DNA of 64,000 bases from an uncultured Candidatus Binatia bacterium (GTDB taxonomy: Bacteria; Desulfobacterota; Binatia; UBA9968; JAJDTQ01), in NCBI GenBank assembly GCA_965213675.1, contig OZ243916.1, positions 512,001 through 576,000 of the forward strand. The letters are read 5' to 3'. The position numbers were made by a program, and so were the translations under genes. The stretch's first letter is position 1; the number at the start of each line of letters is the position of its first letter. Positions 11,341 to 21,093 of this stretch are shown piece by piece. A model generated the notes under the pieces. It was not told where the DNA came from. It was given only the letters and a program-made list of their open reading frames with translations, and made no database searches.

Positions 11341-13794
11341 CTAACCTTGAACGCTTGCCTGTAGGACCAGCAGGGGCCAATCCTTCATCTCCGCCTCCGG
11401 CTCGTTGAAAGGAATCGCTCGTCCCGTGCGCCATGGCTCGACCTGGTCGCGGTAGTGGGGCGAGGTGGGGTTGCCGGCTTGTCCGGGGATGATGACGAAG
11501 CTGGAGCGGATGGGATCGCTGAGGGTGACGGTCATGCGCAGGGAGACGCCGATGATCTGGTCGTAGGGGTTGGAGTGGCGGTAATGGGAGTTGTTGACGG
11601 TGCAGGCGCTGCCGGCGGCGGGGAAGGGGCCGACGGAGAAGAAGGGGGCGAGCCATTTCATGGGTCCCAAGGCGTGCTGGGCGGTGAGGGTGTGGAGGCG
11701 GCCCCACGTCCAGTTCCCGGGGTCGGGGCCTTGTTGGCGCGTGAGCTCGGCGCGGGCCTGGCGGAGGCTCTTGGTCAGCACGGCTTTGCGGGGGAGTTCG
11801 CGGAACCAGATCGAACCGGGGTCGGTGAGGATGTCGTCCAAAGGGGCGATGGGCTGGTTCAGGATCTCGGCGTAGCCCGACAGGATTTCCGCGCCCAACT
11901 CCTTTTCCCATATGTTCCACATGAGGCGATGATAGAGGACGTGGAACAGGGCCGCACCGGAGGACTCGGCGTTGCAGTCGAAGTTCCATTCGGTGAGCAC
12001 GTCCACGGCGGGCTTGAGCGCGGTCTCTTCATGGGCGATTTCAACCAGCTCCGGACCCAGGACGGTCAAGAGCCGCTCGGCCTGGACCGAGCGGGTGTCG
12101 AGGTGCAGGCGTGACATGGCGTCGGGGTCCACGCGCTCGGCCCCGGCGAGCACTTGGCGAATGCGCTCGATGCGATAGGGCGGTTCGTACAGGTCGGACA
12201 GGTAGTAGGGGTAGTTGCCGCCGGCGATGCGGTTGTTGGCGGTGGCCACCATGCCTTCGGGCGGATTGTACAGGCGCGGCAATTCGGGGAAGGGGATGAC
12301 GCCGGTCCAGTCGTGGGCCGGGTTCCAGCCTTCCAGGGGCAGCCAGGAAGGCGGTTCCGGGCGCACCGGGACGTGCCCAGCCAGGGTGTGGCCGATGTTG
12401 CCGCGGGTGTCGGCGTAGACGCAGTGCAGGGAAGGGGAGACGTGGTGTTCGAGGGCCGAGAGGAAACCGCTCCAGTCCCGCGCCCGGTTGATCCCGTCCA
12501 GGAATCCCAGTTCGTTTCCCGGCGTGTGCGCCGTCCAGCGATAGGAGAGCACTTCCGGGGCGGGCGCCTCCCGGGTGCCCTGGGACGGCGCCAGCAGGTC
12601 CGAAAGGACCGGACCGTGGCGCGTGTGGCGTACCGCGGCCTCCACCGGGCGGCGGCCGCGGACGGCGATGGTCTCGTTCCGGGTCTCGAACGGGGCCCAT
12701 CCATCCGGTGTCTGATGGAGCTCCGGCCGTTGGGGGTGCAACCGTTCGCGGTAGAGGTCGGCGTCGTCGCACAGGGCGGCGGAGAACCCCCAGGCCATGT
12801 CGCGATTGTGACCGATGTAGACGAAGGGAGAACCGGGGAGCGAGGCGCCGCCGACCTGAAGGCCGGGGTGTTCCCCGGCGTTGGGGGTGAACCCGTTGCG
12901 CTCCCTGGCTTCGGGAGCGACCCGGAGGTGATTGAGGTACCAGATGCCGGGCGCGCTCATGCGCAGGTGCGGGTCGTTGCACAGGATGGCGTGTCCCTGG
13001 GCGGCGCGGGCAGGGTCCACCACCCAACTGTTGCTGCCCTGGCCTGGAGGGCTCCACAGGTCGTCGGCAAAAACATCGTTGACAAAGCGCAGCAGGGCGG
13101 CGCCTTCCTCGCCCACGGCACGGGTGACGGCGGCGCCCCAGTCGGGATAGCGCGGCGCCAGCGAGTGGAACTTCTCGGGTTGGTTCTCCAACCGGCGATG
13201 CAGCGCCAGAAAGCTGAGCCGCGTCACCAGCGCGGACGACAGGAACAGGGAGAACCCGCGGGCGAGGGTGAGGCAGTCCACCGGGCGCCACGGGTCGGGC
13301 CGGTAACGCAGAAGGCGGAACTCCACCGGCAGGCGGCGTCCGCGCGCCTCGATACAGGCGTTGACGCCGGCACAATAGGCCTCCACCGCGCGCGCGGGCC
13401 TTTCCGGCAGCAGCGGGAGGGACAGCCCGGCGGTGTGGCGGACGCCGAGCAGCCGTATGAAATGATCGACGGTGGAAGTGGTGCCGGAGCGCAAGTGGCG
13501 TACAAAGTCCCTTCGGGGACCGGGCCGCTCGCCGAAGATCTCGGCCAGGCGGCCGCTGAAGAGGCGCCGGGCGAGGTCCATCTGCCACAGGCGGTCCTGG
13601 GCGTGGATGTATCCTTGGGCGAAGAAGAGGTCGCCCTCGGTCCGCGCCGTGATATAGGGGATGGCGAAGGGGTCCCAGCGGACCCGGACGTGTTCATGCA
13701 GCCCCGGCACGTGAACCGCGCCCCGTCGCTGCGCGCGCGACCGGCGCGCCCAGTGGCGCAGCAGCGGCGATATCAGGGATGACAGGAGGTTCAT
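11341..13794 (-). CDS. Penicillin acylase family Ntn hydrolase
   Basis: AQGYIHAQDRLWQMD, GSNSWV nucleophile, NDPHL, YADTRGNIG, YNPPEGMVATANN, PGQAGNPTSPHYRDQ. Confidence 0.93.
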   Translation of the reverse strand: MNLLSSLISPLLRHWARRSRAQRRGAVHVPGLHEHVRVRWDPFAIPYITARTEGDLFFAQGYIHAQDRLWQMDLARRLFSGRLAEIFGERPGPRRDFVRHLRSGTTSTVDHFIRLLGVRHTAGLSLPLLPERPARAVEAYCAGVNACIEARGRRLPVEFRLLRYRPDPWRPVDCLTLARGFSLFLSSALVTRLSFLALHRRLENQPEKFHSLAPRYPDWGAAVTRAVGEEGAALLRFVNDVFADDLWSPPGQGSNSWVVDPARAAQGHAILCNDPHLRMSAPGIWYLNHLRVAPEARERNGFTPNAGEHPGLQVGGASLPGSPFVYIGHNRDMAWGFSAALCDDADLYRERLHPQRPELHQTPDGWAPFETRNETIAVRGRRPVEAAVRHTRHGPVLSDLLAPSQGTREAPAPEVLSYRWTAHTPGNELGFLDGINRARDWSGFLSALEHHVSPSLHCVYADTRGNIGHTLAGHVPVRPEPPSWLPLEGWNPAHDWTGVIPFPELPRLYNPPEGMVATANNRIAGGNYPYYLSDLYEPPYRIERIRQVLAGAERVDPDAMSRLHLDTRSVQAERLLTVLGPELVEIAHEETALKPAVDVLTEWNFDCNAESSGAALFHVLYHRLMWNIWEKELGAEILSGYAEILNQPIAPLDDILTDPGSIWFRELPRKAVLTKSLRQARAELTRQQGPDPGNWTWGRLHTLTAQHALGPMKWLAPFFSVGPFPAAGSACTVNNSHYRHSNPYDQIIGVSLRMTVTLSDPIRSSFVIIPGQAGNPTSPHYRDQVEPWRTGRAIPFNEPEAEMKDWPLLVLQASVQG

Positions 13795-14266
13795 GAGATC
13801 GCGCTCCGCAGGATGGGCCACGGCCGTTGCCAGCGTCGGCTATGTCGGGTTCTTTCCAGTGGCCCCGGGCACGGCCGCCAGCGCCGTCGCCGCCCTGGCG
13901 TACTGGCTCGTCGGCCCGCTCCAGCAGTTTTCCGTGCTCGCGCCGGCGGCCGTGGCCGCATTTGTCGTGGGCGGTGTGGCCACGAGCCGTGTCGTCGGCG
14001 GTGGCGGACCCAAGGACCCCGCGCACGTCGTGTGCGACGAGGTGGCGGGCCAGTGGATCGCGCTCCTGACCGTCACCCATGCCGGCCGCTGGGAGTTTAT
14101 TCTACTCGCGTTTCTGCTGTTCCGCCTGTTCGATGTCTGGAAGCCCCAGCCCGTGGCGTTCTTCGACCGCCGTCAGGGAGCCTGGTACGTGATGATGGAC
14201 GACGTGGCGGCCGGGATCTACGCCAATGCGGCCGCCCACCTGTGCCTGAACTTCGCGTGGTCCTGA
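13793..14266 (+). CDS. pgpA: Phosphatidylglycerophosphatase A
   Basis: GFFPVAPGTAAS, DPAHVVCDEVAGQ, LFRLFDVWKP, VMMDDVAAG; AGGAGG RBS. Confidence 0.92.
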   Translation: MRSRSAGWATAVASVGYVGFFPVAPGTAASAVAALAYWLVGPLQQFSVLAPAAVAAFVVGGVATSRVVGGGGPKDPAHVVCDEVAGQWIALLTVTHAGRWEFILLAFLLFRLFDVWKPQPVAFFDRRQGAWYVMMDDVAAGIYANAAAHLCLNFAWS

Positions 14267-14293
14267 CAAGCCGCGCGTTTCGCGGGCCCGTTC

Positions 14294-14458
14294 CCAGTGT
14301 GGTGTCTGGTTAATACGCGTCATAATCTGCGGGTCTTTTTCGCCGTCGGCTGCGTTGCTCTTCCTCGCGTGGTACCCGCCACTGCTCGTCATCGCGCCTT
14401 GCCGACGACAAAAAATCCTCCGCAGATTATGACGCGAATTAACCAGACACCACATTAG
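14294..14458. mobile_element. MITE-like palindromic element, copy 1
   Basis: About 35-bp terminal inverted repeats TGTGGTGTCTGGTTAAT(A/T)CGCGTCATAATCTGCGG; 165 bp including CCAG/TTAG flanks; near-identical to 34030-34194 and 49815-49979. Confidence 0.88.
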
Positions 14459-14504
14459 CGTCCCACGTTGCCGCCGTCGAGGTTCCGGCGGCAGCCGCCC
14501 GCCG

Positions 14505-15422
14505 CTACTGTCCCAGCCGCAGTAGACGCGCGGCGTTGTCGCCGAGGATCTTTTGCTTGTCGGAGTCCGGCAGGCGCACGTCGCGCACCGCATCCACCGA
14601 GCGCTCCAGGGGGATGGGCACCGGCGGGAAGTCGCTGCCGAAGAGCACGTGGTCGGCGCCGGCGGTCTCCACCGCGCACGTGACCGCGGGGGCGTGCAGG
14701 CTCACGGTGTCGTAGTAGAGTTGCTCGATGTAGGTGCCGGGCGCCCGCGGCAGCACGTCGGGTTCCCAAGGGCCGAAGCTGTCGTCCTTGCGCAACTCGT
14801 AGCCGAAGTCCAGGCGGCCAGGCAGCATGGGCAGGGCGCCGCCCAGGTGGGAGCAGATCATCACCAGATCCGGGAACCTCTCGAAACCGCCAGTGAGGAT
14901 GAAACGCGCCAGCGACAGCGTGGTGTCGAAGGGTCGTCCCACCATTTCCGGCAGACGGAAGATCTCCATCTTCTCCGCGCCGATGGTAACTCGCGGCGGA
15001 TGCACGAAGAGCGGCACGTCCAGGTCGGTCACCAACTCGAAAAAGGGCACGGCGTTGGGCGAATCGAGATACTCGCCGGCTACGCTGGAGTTGATCATGA
15101 TGCCCTTGAGGCCGTACTCGCGCACCGCCCGCTCGGTTTCCTTGAGGAAACGATCGTCGCCGAAGGGCACGGCGCACGCCAGCCCCAGGAAGTGGTTGGA
15201 ATGGCGCGCGGTGGTCTCCGCGGCGAAGGCGTTGAACTCCGTGACGATGTCGTAGGGGTCTTTCCCCTGGGGCGTGCGAATCCAGTTGTTGCCGAAGATG
15301 GTCAGGTCCACGCCGGCGCGGGCCTGCTCGTCGATGACACGCGGGATGTCGAAGATGGCCTGCGGCGACTTGGGGTGATACCAGTCTTGCGGCACCAGAT
15401 GGGCATGGGCGTCGATGATCAT
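14505..15422 (-). CDS. Amidohydrolase_2 family (ACMSD/decarboxylase-like)
   Basis: MIIDAHAH, LFVHP, SHLGGALP, LFGSDFP. Confidence 0.9.
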   Translation of the reverse strand: MIIDAHAHLVPQDWYHPKSPQAIFDIPRVIDEQARAGVDLTIFGNNWIRTPQGKDPYDIVTEFNAFAAETTARHSNHFLGLACAVPFGDDRFLKETERAVREYGLKGIMINSSVAGEYLDSPNAVPFFELVTDLDVPLFVHPPRVTIGAEKMEIFRLPEMVGRPFDTTLSLARFILTGGFERFPDLVMICSHLGGALPMLPGRLDFGYELRKDDSFGPWEPDVLPRAPGTYIEQLYYDTVSLHAPAVTCAVETAGADHVLFGSDFPPVPIPLERSVDAVRDVRLPDSDKQKILGDNAARLLRLGQ

Positions 15423-15759
15423 GCAGACGTAACTAATGGACTTTTCGTGGTGTTTCAAGTCCGGACGCGGGCGCCGGCGAAGAACCGGAAAAACCGCCGG
15501 GAAGCGGCTCGATGTGGCTTGACGACCCGGTGATGCGGTGTTAACAAAATGCGTCCCTGTCTGCGGAGGGGCGCCGGACGGGCGCTTTCGGGTACCCTAA
15601 GGAAACCTCGGAGACTTTCGGCCTTCTCCGGTGACTTTCGGAGACACGGGCGGAACCGAAAACGCCTGGACACACCCAAACCCCTGCCGGGAAATTCGAA
15701 TCGAACGACATTTGGCTGCCGGTCGCGAGAACGTGCGCTCGGGATCACGGCTCATATCC

Positions 15760-16758
15760 ATGAAACTGGACATTGAATTCAATTCGGGCGCCCAACTGCC
15801 CATGGGCGCCATCCCCGCGCTGGCTCGCGCGGCCGAGGACAGCGGCTTCGACTGCGCCTGGGGCGGGGAGGCCAACAACAAGGACCCGACGGTGATGCTG
15901 TCCGCGGCGGCCGCGGTGACGAGCCGGCTCAAGGTGGGCGCCGCGGTGTACCATATGCTGGGGCGGACGCCGGTGAGCATGGCGCTGCACGCCGCCGGAC
16001 TCGAGGAGCTGTCGGGCGGACGGTTTCTGTTCGGGCTTGGCATCTCCAACCCCACCATCGCCAATTGGCACGGGGTGGAGTTCAACCGGCCGCTGGCGCG
16101 CATCCGCGAGTACCTGGAGGTTGTTCAGGGAGCCTTGCGCGGCGACAAGCTGGATTACGAGGGCGCGTTCTACAGCGCCCATGGCTTCAAGCTGGCGTTC
16201 AAGCCGTCGGGCCGCAGGGTTCCGGTCTATCTGGCGGCGTTCGGGCCGCAGATGAGCCGTTTGGCGGGGCGGCTGAGCGACGGGGTGCTGATCAACATGG
16301 CCAATCCGCCGGAGATACGCCGGATCGTCGAAAACGTACGCGAGGGCGCGCGTCTCGCCGGCAAGGATCCGGACGGGCTGGAAATCATCTGCAAGGTGCG
16401 CTGCTGCGTGGCCCGTGACCGAAGGGCGGCGCGCCAGGCGCTGGGGCGCATCCTCACGTACTATGCCCTGGCGGACTACTATCGGGACCTGCTGACGCGC
16501 ATGGGCTTCGGCGAGGAGGTGACGGCGATCCGCGATACCTGGCGGGCGTCGGGCTTCCACGCAGCGGCCGCTCGGGTCACGGACCGATTGTTCGAGGGGT
16601 TGCCGCTGGTGGCGGGCGAGTCCGTGGACGAGGTGCTGGACAAGGTGCGGGTCTACGGTGAGGCCGGGGCCACGCGCGTGATCCTGCCGTATGTGCCGTG
16701 CACGGACGACGTGGTGGGCGAGATCCGGACGTTCATCGAGGCGTTCGGACGCGCCTGA
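15760..16758 (+). CDS. LLM-class flavin/F420-dependent oxidoreductase
   Basis: AEDSGFDCAWGGE, LSGGRFLFGLG, PVYLAAFGPQMSRLAGRLSDGV. Confidence 0.88.
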   Translation: MKLDIEFNSGAQLPMGAIPALARAAEDSGFDCAWGGEANNKDPTVMLSAAAAVTSRLKVGAAVYHMLGRTPVSMALHAAGLEELSGGRFLFGLGISNPTIANWHGVEFNRPLARIREYLEVVQGALRGDKLDYEGAFYSAHGFKLAFKPSGRRVPVYLAAFGPQMSRLAGRLSDGVLINMANPPEIRRIVENVREGARLAGKDPDGLEIICKVRCCVARDRRAARQALGRILTYYALADYYRDLLTRMGFGEEVTAIRDTWRASGFHAAAARVTDRLFEGLPLVAGESVDEVLDKVRVYGEAGATRVILPYVPCTDDVVGEIRTFIEAFGRA

Positions 16759-16850
16759 GGCGCTGACGCCGAGCTTGACTATGCGCGGTACCATGCTTAT
16801 GGAGAGGCAAGCCTGACCACAGGCGACACCATTCAGCAGGGAGAACGGTC

Positions 16851-17252
16851 ATCGCATTCGAACTGATCAATCCGAGTGGGCTGGAGAACCCGGTGGGGTA
16901 CTCCCACTTGGCGCGCGTCTCTTCCGGCCGGCTCGTGCTTGTGGCCGGACAGGCGCCGTTCAACGCCCAGGGGGACGTCGTGGGCAAGGGTGATTTCGCG
17001 GCGCAGTTCCGGCAGGTCTGGGAGAACCTGCGCACGGCCATCGAGGGGGCCGGAGGGAGCCCCCGGAACTATGCGACGTTGACCATGTACGTCACCGACG
17101 TCGACGCGTATCACGGGCACCGCAAGGAAATAGGCGCTTCCTACCGGGCGATCTTCGGGAAGCACTTTCCCGCGATTACCCTGGTTCAGGTATCAGGACT
17201 CTACCATCCGGACTGTATGGTTGAAGTGTCCGGGCTGGCTGTTATCGATTGA
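16851..17252 (+). CDS. RidA family protein (possible ATC start at 16851; first canonical start is GTG 16893)
   Basis: INPSGLENPVGYSH, VAGQ, FPAITLVQVSGL, MVEVSGLA. Confidence 0.85.
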   Translation: MAFELINPSGLENPVGYSHLARVSSGRLVLVAGQAPFNAQGDVVGKGDFAAQFRQVWENLRTAIEGAGGSPRNYATLTMYVTDVDAYHGHRKEIGASYRAIFGKHFPAITLVQVSGLYHPDCMVEVSGLAVID

Positions 17253-17346
17253 TGGCTGGAGGGATAGCGGGACGGCGTGAAGCGGCACTCCGCTCCCGCC
17301 CTCCCGGCCCTTGCACCACATCCACCGCCATGGGAGTCGCACGCAG

Positions 17347-17553
17347 ATGCGCCACGTACAGATAGCCGGCCACGGTCTCCTGGATTCCCCGGACACCTTC
17401 GACCCTCCCACCGAGACCGAGATCATCGGCCTGTGGCAGTCCTTTCGTGCCTCCGGGCTGTCGGCAAAGCAGGCTTGGGACGCCATCGTGGCAGGGATCG
17501 CCCTGGACCTGGCGTTTTCGGATGGCCGCAAGCGGCCGCGCCTGGAGCAGTAA
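17347..17553 (+). CDS. Small hypothetical protein (68 aa)
   Basis: GGAG upstream of ATG 17347; host-like codon usage, TETEIIGLWQSFRASGLSAKQAWDAIVAG. Confidence 0.45.
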   Translation: MRHVQIAGHGLLDSPDTFDPPTETEIIGLWQSFRASGLSAKQAWDAIVAGIALDLAFSDGRKRPRLEQ

Positions 17554-17602
17554 TGCGGGTGTCGGGCAGCGGCTCCGGCTTCCCGGGGCCATCGGGCAGG
17601 GG

Positions 17603-18082
17603 TCAGGTCTGTTCCGCTTGGGGGTCGGCGCGGGCCAGGAGGTCCAGCAGGGCCTTCTTGTGTTGGCGTTCCACCTCCACGAGTTCGCGGAGCAGCCGGC
17701 CTTGTTCGGGCGCTTCGAGAGCCAGGCACGATACGTCGTCCACCATCGCGGCTTCGACGCGCTTCTGATCCTCGACGTCCTGGCGCATCCGGTCCCAATG
17801 GTTTGTGCCGGACGGGATGCTTGAATCGAATTTGGCGACCCGGCCGCCGAGCCTTTCCACTTCCTCAAAGAGCCGCGCCGTGCTCCTTTCCTTTTCCGCG
17901 GCCATTTGCTTCAGACGTTCGACCACGAACGGATAGGGCGCCGTTTCTGCGTGCAGTTTGAGCTGATTGGCCAGCCGCGACAGCTCCCGGTAGCCGTCGG
18001 CGAGCACCGTGCGCGCATTGCGCTCTTCGCGTTTCGCCCGATTGCGATCAAACCAGTCCGTGATGGTTTCCGTCAGGGCCAT
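17603..18082 (-). CDS. Ferritin-like four-helix protein
   Basis: All-helical; ...VERLGG.. and EVERQH motifs; first ExxH is degenerate (EKERS). Confidence 0.6.
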   Translation of the reverse strand: MALTETITDWFDRNRAKREERNARTVLADGYRELSRLANQLKLHAETAPYPFVVERLKQMAAEKERSTARLFEEVERLGGRVAKFDSSIPSGTNHWDRMRQDVEDQKRVEAAMVDDVSCLALEAPEQGRLLRELVEVERQHKKALLDLLARADPQAEQT

Positions 18083-18088
18083 GGTGGT

Positions 18089-18159
18089 AAGATAGGGGGC
18101 GCCGGGGATTGTGTCAAGATGCGGCCGTTCTTGTAAAACGTCGGTCGCAACGGTAGATT
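18089..18159. promoter_or_regulatory. Back-to-back sigma70-like promoters (ferritin-like gene / rpoH)
   Basis: Minus strand: TTGACA (18117-18112), 17 bp, TATCTT (18094-18089), 6 nt before ATG. Plus strand: TTGTAA (18131-18136), 17 bp, TAGATT (18154-18159). Confidence 0.55.
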
Positions 18160-18171
18160 CATTGCATACGC

Positions 18172-19155
18172 ATGGCTGAAAATCCGCCCATCGAAGTCGT
18201 CGATAATAGCCAGGAGCCGTCCGCGGACGCGCCCGTGGAACCGGTGTTGCTTGACGATCTCGAAGCGCCGGCGGAGGAGGCCGAGGAGCCGTCCGCAGCG
18301 CTGGTTCCTTTTGACGCGTTGCAGCGTTATCTCTCCGAAATACGCCGCTATCCCGTCCTTACCCGCGAAGAAGAACACGAACTGGCCGTCCAGTACAAGG
18401 AGTTCGGCGACATCGAGGCAGCCTACACGCTGGTACGCTCGAACCTCCGGCTCGTGGTGATGATCGCGCGGGAATACGAGCGTGCCTTCCGTAATCTCCT
18501 GGACCTGATTCAGGAGGGCAACATCGGCCTCATGGAGAGCCTCAAGAACTTCGATCCCTACCGTGGCGTGCGCTTCCCGTCCTACGCCGTCTGGTGGATC
18601 CGCGCCTACATCATCCGTTATCTCATGAACAACTGGCGCATGGTGAAGCTGGGCACGACCCAAGCCCAGCGCCGGCTGTTCTTCAACCTGCAGAAGGAGA
18701 AGGAGAAACTCGAAGCCGAGGGTTTCGTGCCCGGCGCCAGGCTGATCGCGCAGCGTCTGGACGTGAAGGAGTCCGAGGTGATCGAGATGGATCAGCGGCT
18801 CTCGGGCGGCGACGTTTCCACCGACGCCCCCATGGTGCAGGGCGAGTCCCTCACGCTGCTCAATACCCTTGCCGACGACAGCCCGACCCCCGAGGATATC
18901 CTGGCCGAGGACGAGTACCGGGAGGCGGTCAGGGAGCGCCTGAGGATCTTCGGCAAGGGCCTCAAGGACAAGGAGTTGGTGGTGTTCCGCGAACGTCTGA
19001 TGGCGGAGCAGCCGCTCACGCTGCGCGAGATCGGAGAGCGCTACGGCATCAGCCGGGAGCGCGTGCGGCAGATCGAGAATCGGGTCAAGAAGAAGCTCAA
19101 GAGCTATTTGTCCGAGGAGTTCGAGGTCCTCGAAGGCTTCAATGAACGCGCTTGA
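18172..19155 (+). CDS. rpoH: RNA polymerase sigma-32 (RpoH-like) factor
   Basis: DLIQEGNIGLM, YAVWWIRAYI, RpoH-box-like TTQAQRRLFFNL, TLREIGERYGISRERVRQIE. Confidence 0.9.
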   Translation: MAENPPIEVVDNSQEPSADAPVEPVLLDDLEAPAEEAEEPSAALVPFDALQRYLSEIRRYPVLTREEEHELAVQYKEFGDIEAAYTLVRSNLRLVVMIAREYERAFRNLLDLIQEGNIGLMESLKNFDPYRGVRFPSYAVWWIRAYIIRYLMNNWRMVKLGTTQAQRRLFFNLQKEKEKLEAEGFVPGARLIAQRLDVKESEVIEMDQRLSGGDVSTDAPMVQGESLTLLNTLADDSPTPEDILAEDEYREAVRERLRIFGKGLKDKELVVFRERLMAEQPLTLREIGERYGISRERVRQIENRVKKKLKSYLSEEFEVLEGFNERA

Positions 19156-19188
19156 TGTGGCGCGTGGGATTCTGCTAAGAACCCGGCT

Positions 19189-19641
19189 ATGAACTTCGAG
19201 AACAGCATTGAAATCGGCGTGCCACGGGACACCGCCTGGGACTTCTTGTGGGATGTGGACCGGCTGATCGCCTGTGTTCCCGGTTGTGAGGAGGCCTCGA
19301 CGGTGGAGGCGGGCAAGCTCTACAGCGCCACGATGGTGGCTCGGGTGGGCCCCTTCAAGGTCACGTTTCCGATCAAGATCGAGGTGGTGGAGAACGAGCC
19401 CAAGCACCGGATCAAGGCTCGCGCCTCGGGCAGCGACAACAAGATCGGGAGCCACCTCAAGGTGGATCTGGACGTCTCGCTGGAGGATCGAGGTGAGGCC
19501 ACCGTGGTGTCCCTGGTCGCTTCCGTGGATGTCCTGGGCAAGCTCGCTACCCTGGGGCACAGCATAATCAAGCGCAAGGCCGACAACGACATGGCCAAGT
19601 TCGCGCAGGCCGTCAAAAAGGAACTCGAAGGAGGAGCCTGA
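19189..19641 (+). CDS. coxG: CoxG / SRPBCC family protein
   Basis: WDFLWDVDRLIACVPGCE, ARVGPFKVTF, GKLATLG. Confidence 0.82.
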   Translation: MNFENSIEIGVPRDTAWDFLWDVDRLIACVPGCEEASTVEAGKLYSATMVARVGPFKVTFPIKIEVVENEPKHRIKARASGSDNKIGSHLKVDLDVSLEDRGEATVVSLVASVDVLGKLATLGHSIIKRKADNDMAKFAQAVKKELEGGA

Positions 19642-19644
19642 TCC

Positions 19645-20514
19645 ATGCTGCGTCCGTTCCGTCTGGAAGAGCCCGAGAGCGTCAAGGATGCATCCGAGGC
19701 GCTTGCCCGCTACGGTGACTCCGCCAAGGTGTACGCGGGCGGCACCGAGTTGCTCTTGGCCATGAAGGAAGGGCTGGTCCACTTCGAATGCCTGATCAAC
19801 GTCAAGAAGATTCCGGGCCTTGACGGGGTTCGGCGTGACAATGGCAACGTCCGAATCGGCGGCCTGAGCACGCACCGGGCGCTCGAGTGTTCCGAGGTGC
19901 TGGCAGGCGCCCTGCCTGTGCTGGTGGAGATGGAGCACAACGTCGCCAACCTGCGCGTGCGCGAGGTGGGCACCATCGGCGGCAATCTGACCTTCGCCGA
20001 GCCCCACGCGGACCCCGGCACGCTGCTGCTGGCGCTGGACGCCACGGTGATGGCGCGGAAGGCGGACGGGGAACGCGAAATCGCCATGGCCGACTTCTTC
20101 GTCGACGCTTACGAGGCCGCCCTCGAGGAGGATGAGATCCTCACCGAGATCGTGGTGCCCGTGCCCGGGGCCAACGCCGCGGTGCGCTATCGCAAGTTCG
20201 GCTATCTGGAGCGCCCGAGCGCGGGCGTGGCATTGCATGTGGTGGCGGACGAGGCGCGGCAGTCGGTGCGGGACGTGCGCGTCGCCGTGGGTTGCGTCGG
20301 CCCCAAGTCCATGCGGGTGGAAGAGGCCGAGGCGACGCTGCGCGGGAAGAGCCTGGAGGAAGCGGCCAGCGCCATGGCCGAGGCCGGCGCCATCGCCGGG
20401 CGCGCCGGGGACGCCATCAGCGACCTGCACGGTTCGGCCGAGTACAAGGAACACATCGTCAAGGTGCTGCTGACCCGCGCCTTCAACGATATTCGCGCCG
20501 AGCTGGCCGGGTAG
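19645..20514 (+). CDS. Xanthine dehydrogenase/CODH family FAD subunit (CoxM-like)
   Basis: AGGTELL, VANLRVREVGTIGGNL, SDLHGSAEYK. Confidence 0.9.
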   Translation: MLRPFRLEEPESVKDASEALARYGDSAKVYAGGTELLLAMKEGLVHFECLINVKKIPGLDGVRRDNGNVRIGGLSTHRALECSEVLAGALPVLVEMEHNVANLRVREVGTIGGNLTFAEPHADPGTLLLALDATVMARKADGEREIAMADFFVDAYEAALEEDEILTEIVVPVPGANAAVRYRKFGYLERPSAGVALHVVADEARQSVRDVRVAVGCVGPKSMRVEEAEATLRGKSLEEAASAMAEAGAIAGRAGDAISDLHGSAEYKEHIVKVLLTRAFNDIRAELAG

Positions 20515-20564
20515 CCGGTCGCTGCAACCATCGGACAGTCAGAAACCAGCGGAGGCCAACGGCT

Positions 20565-21059
20565 ATGGCAGACACAGGACGGCAGACCCTTCCGCTATCC
20601 TTCACCGTGAACGGAACGCGTTACGACATCGAGGTGGAGCCGCAGGAGTTGCTGCTCGACGTGATTCGCAAGCGCTTGGGACTGACCGGAGCGAAACGTT
20701 CCTGTGACGTGCAGGTGTGCGGCGCGTGCACGTTGCTGCTCAATGGGCGGCCGGTGAGTTCGTGCACCTTGCCGGCCTTCGAGGCGCGGGACAAGGACGT
20801 CCTCACCATCGAGGGTATGGCCCGGGACGGCAAGCTGCATCCGATTCAGGAGGCGTTCATCGAGTATGGCGGCTTCCAGTGCGGCTTCTGCACGCCCGGC
20901 ATGATCCTGACCGCCAAGACACTGCTGGACGAGAACCCGAATCCCACGGACGAAGAGGTCATCGAATACATGAACGGCAATATCTGCCGCTGCACGGGCT
21001 ACAAGAAGATCGTCGAGTCCATCACGGGGGTGGGGAAGCCCAACGCCGAGGTGTCCTGA
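20565..21059 (+). CDS. Xanthine dehydrogenase/CODH family 2Fe-2S subunit (CoxS-like)
   Basis: CDVQVCGACT, FQCGFCTPG, GNICRCTGY. Confidence 0.92.
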   Translation: MADTGRQTLPLSFTVNGTRYDIEVEPQELLLDVIRKRLGLTGAKRSCDVQVCGACTLLLNGRPVSSCTLPAFEARDKDVLTIEGMARDGKLHPIQEAFIEYGGFQCGFCTPGMILTAKTLLDENPNPTDEEVIEYMNGNICRCTGYKKIVESITGVGKPNAEVS

Positions 21060-21093
21060 TCATCGGGTCTTTGCCGTCGGAGGACGGATGCGG

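Noticed and set aside
14294-14458. Repeat copies as a CRISPR array, or the MTRINQTPH mini-ORFs as peptide genes
   Set aside because: Copies are dispersed single palindromes with no spacers and no cas genes; the ORFs are by-products of the TIR sequence
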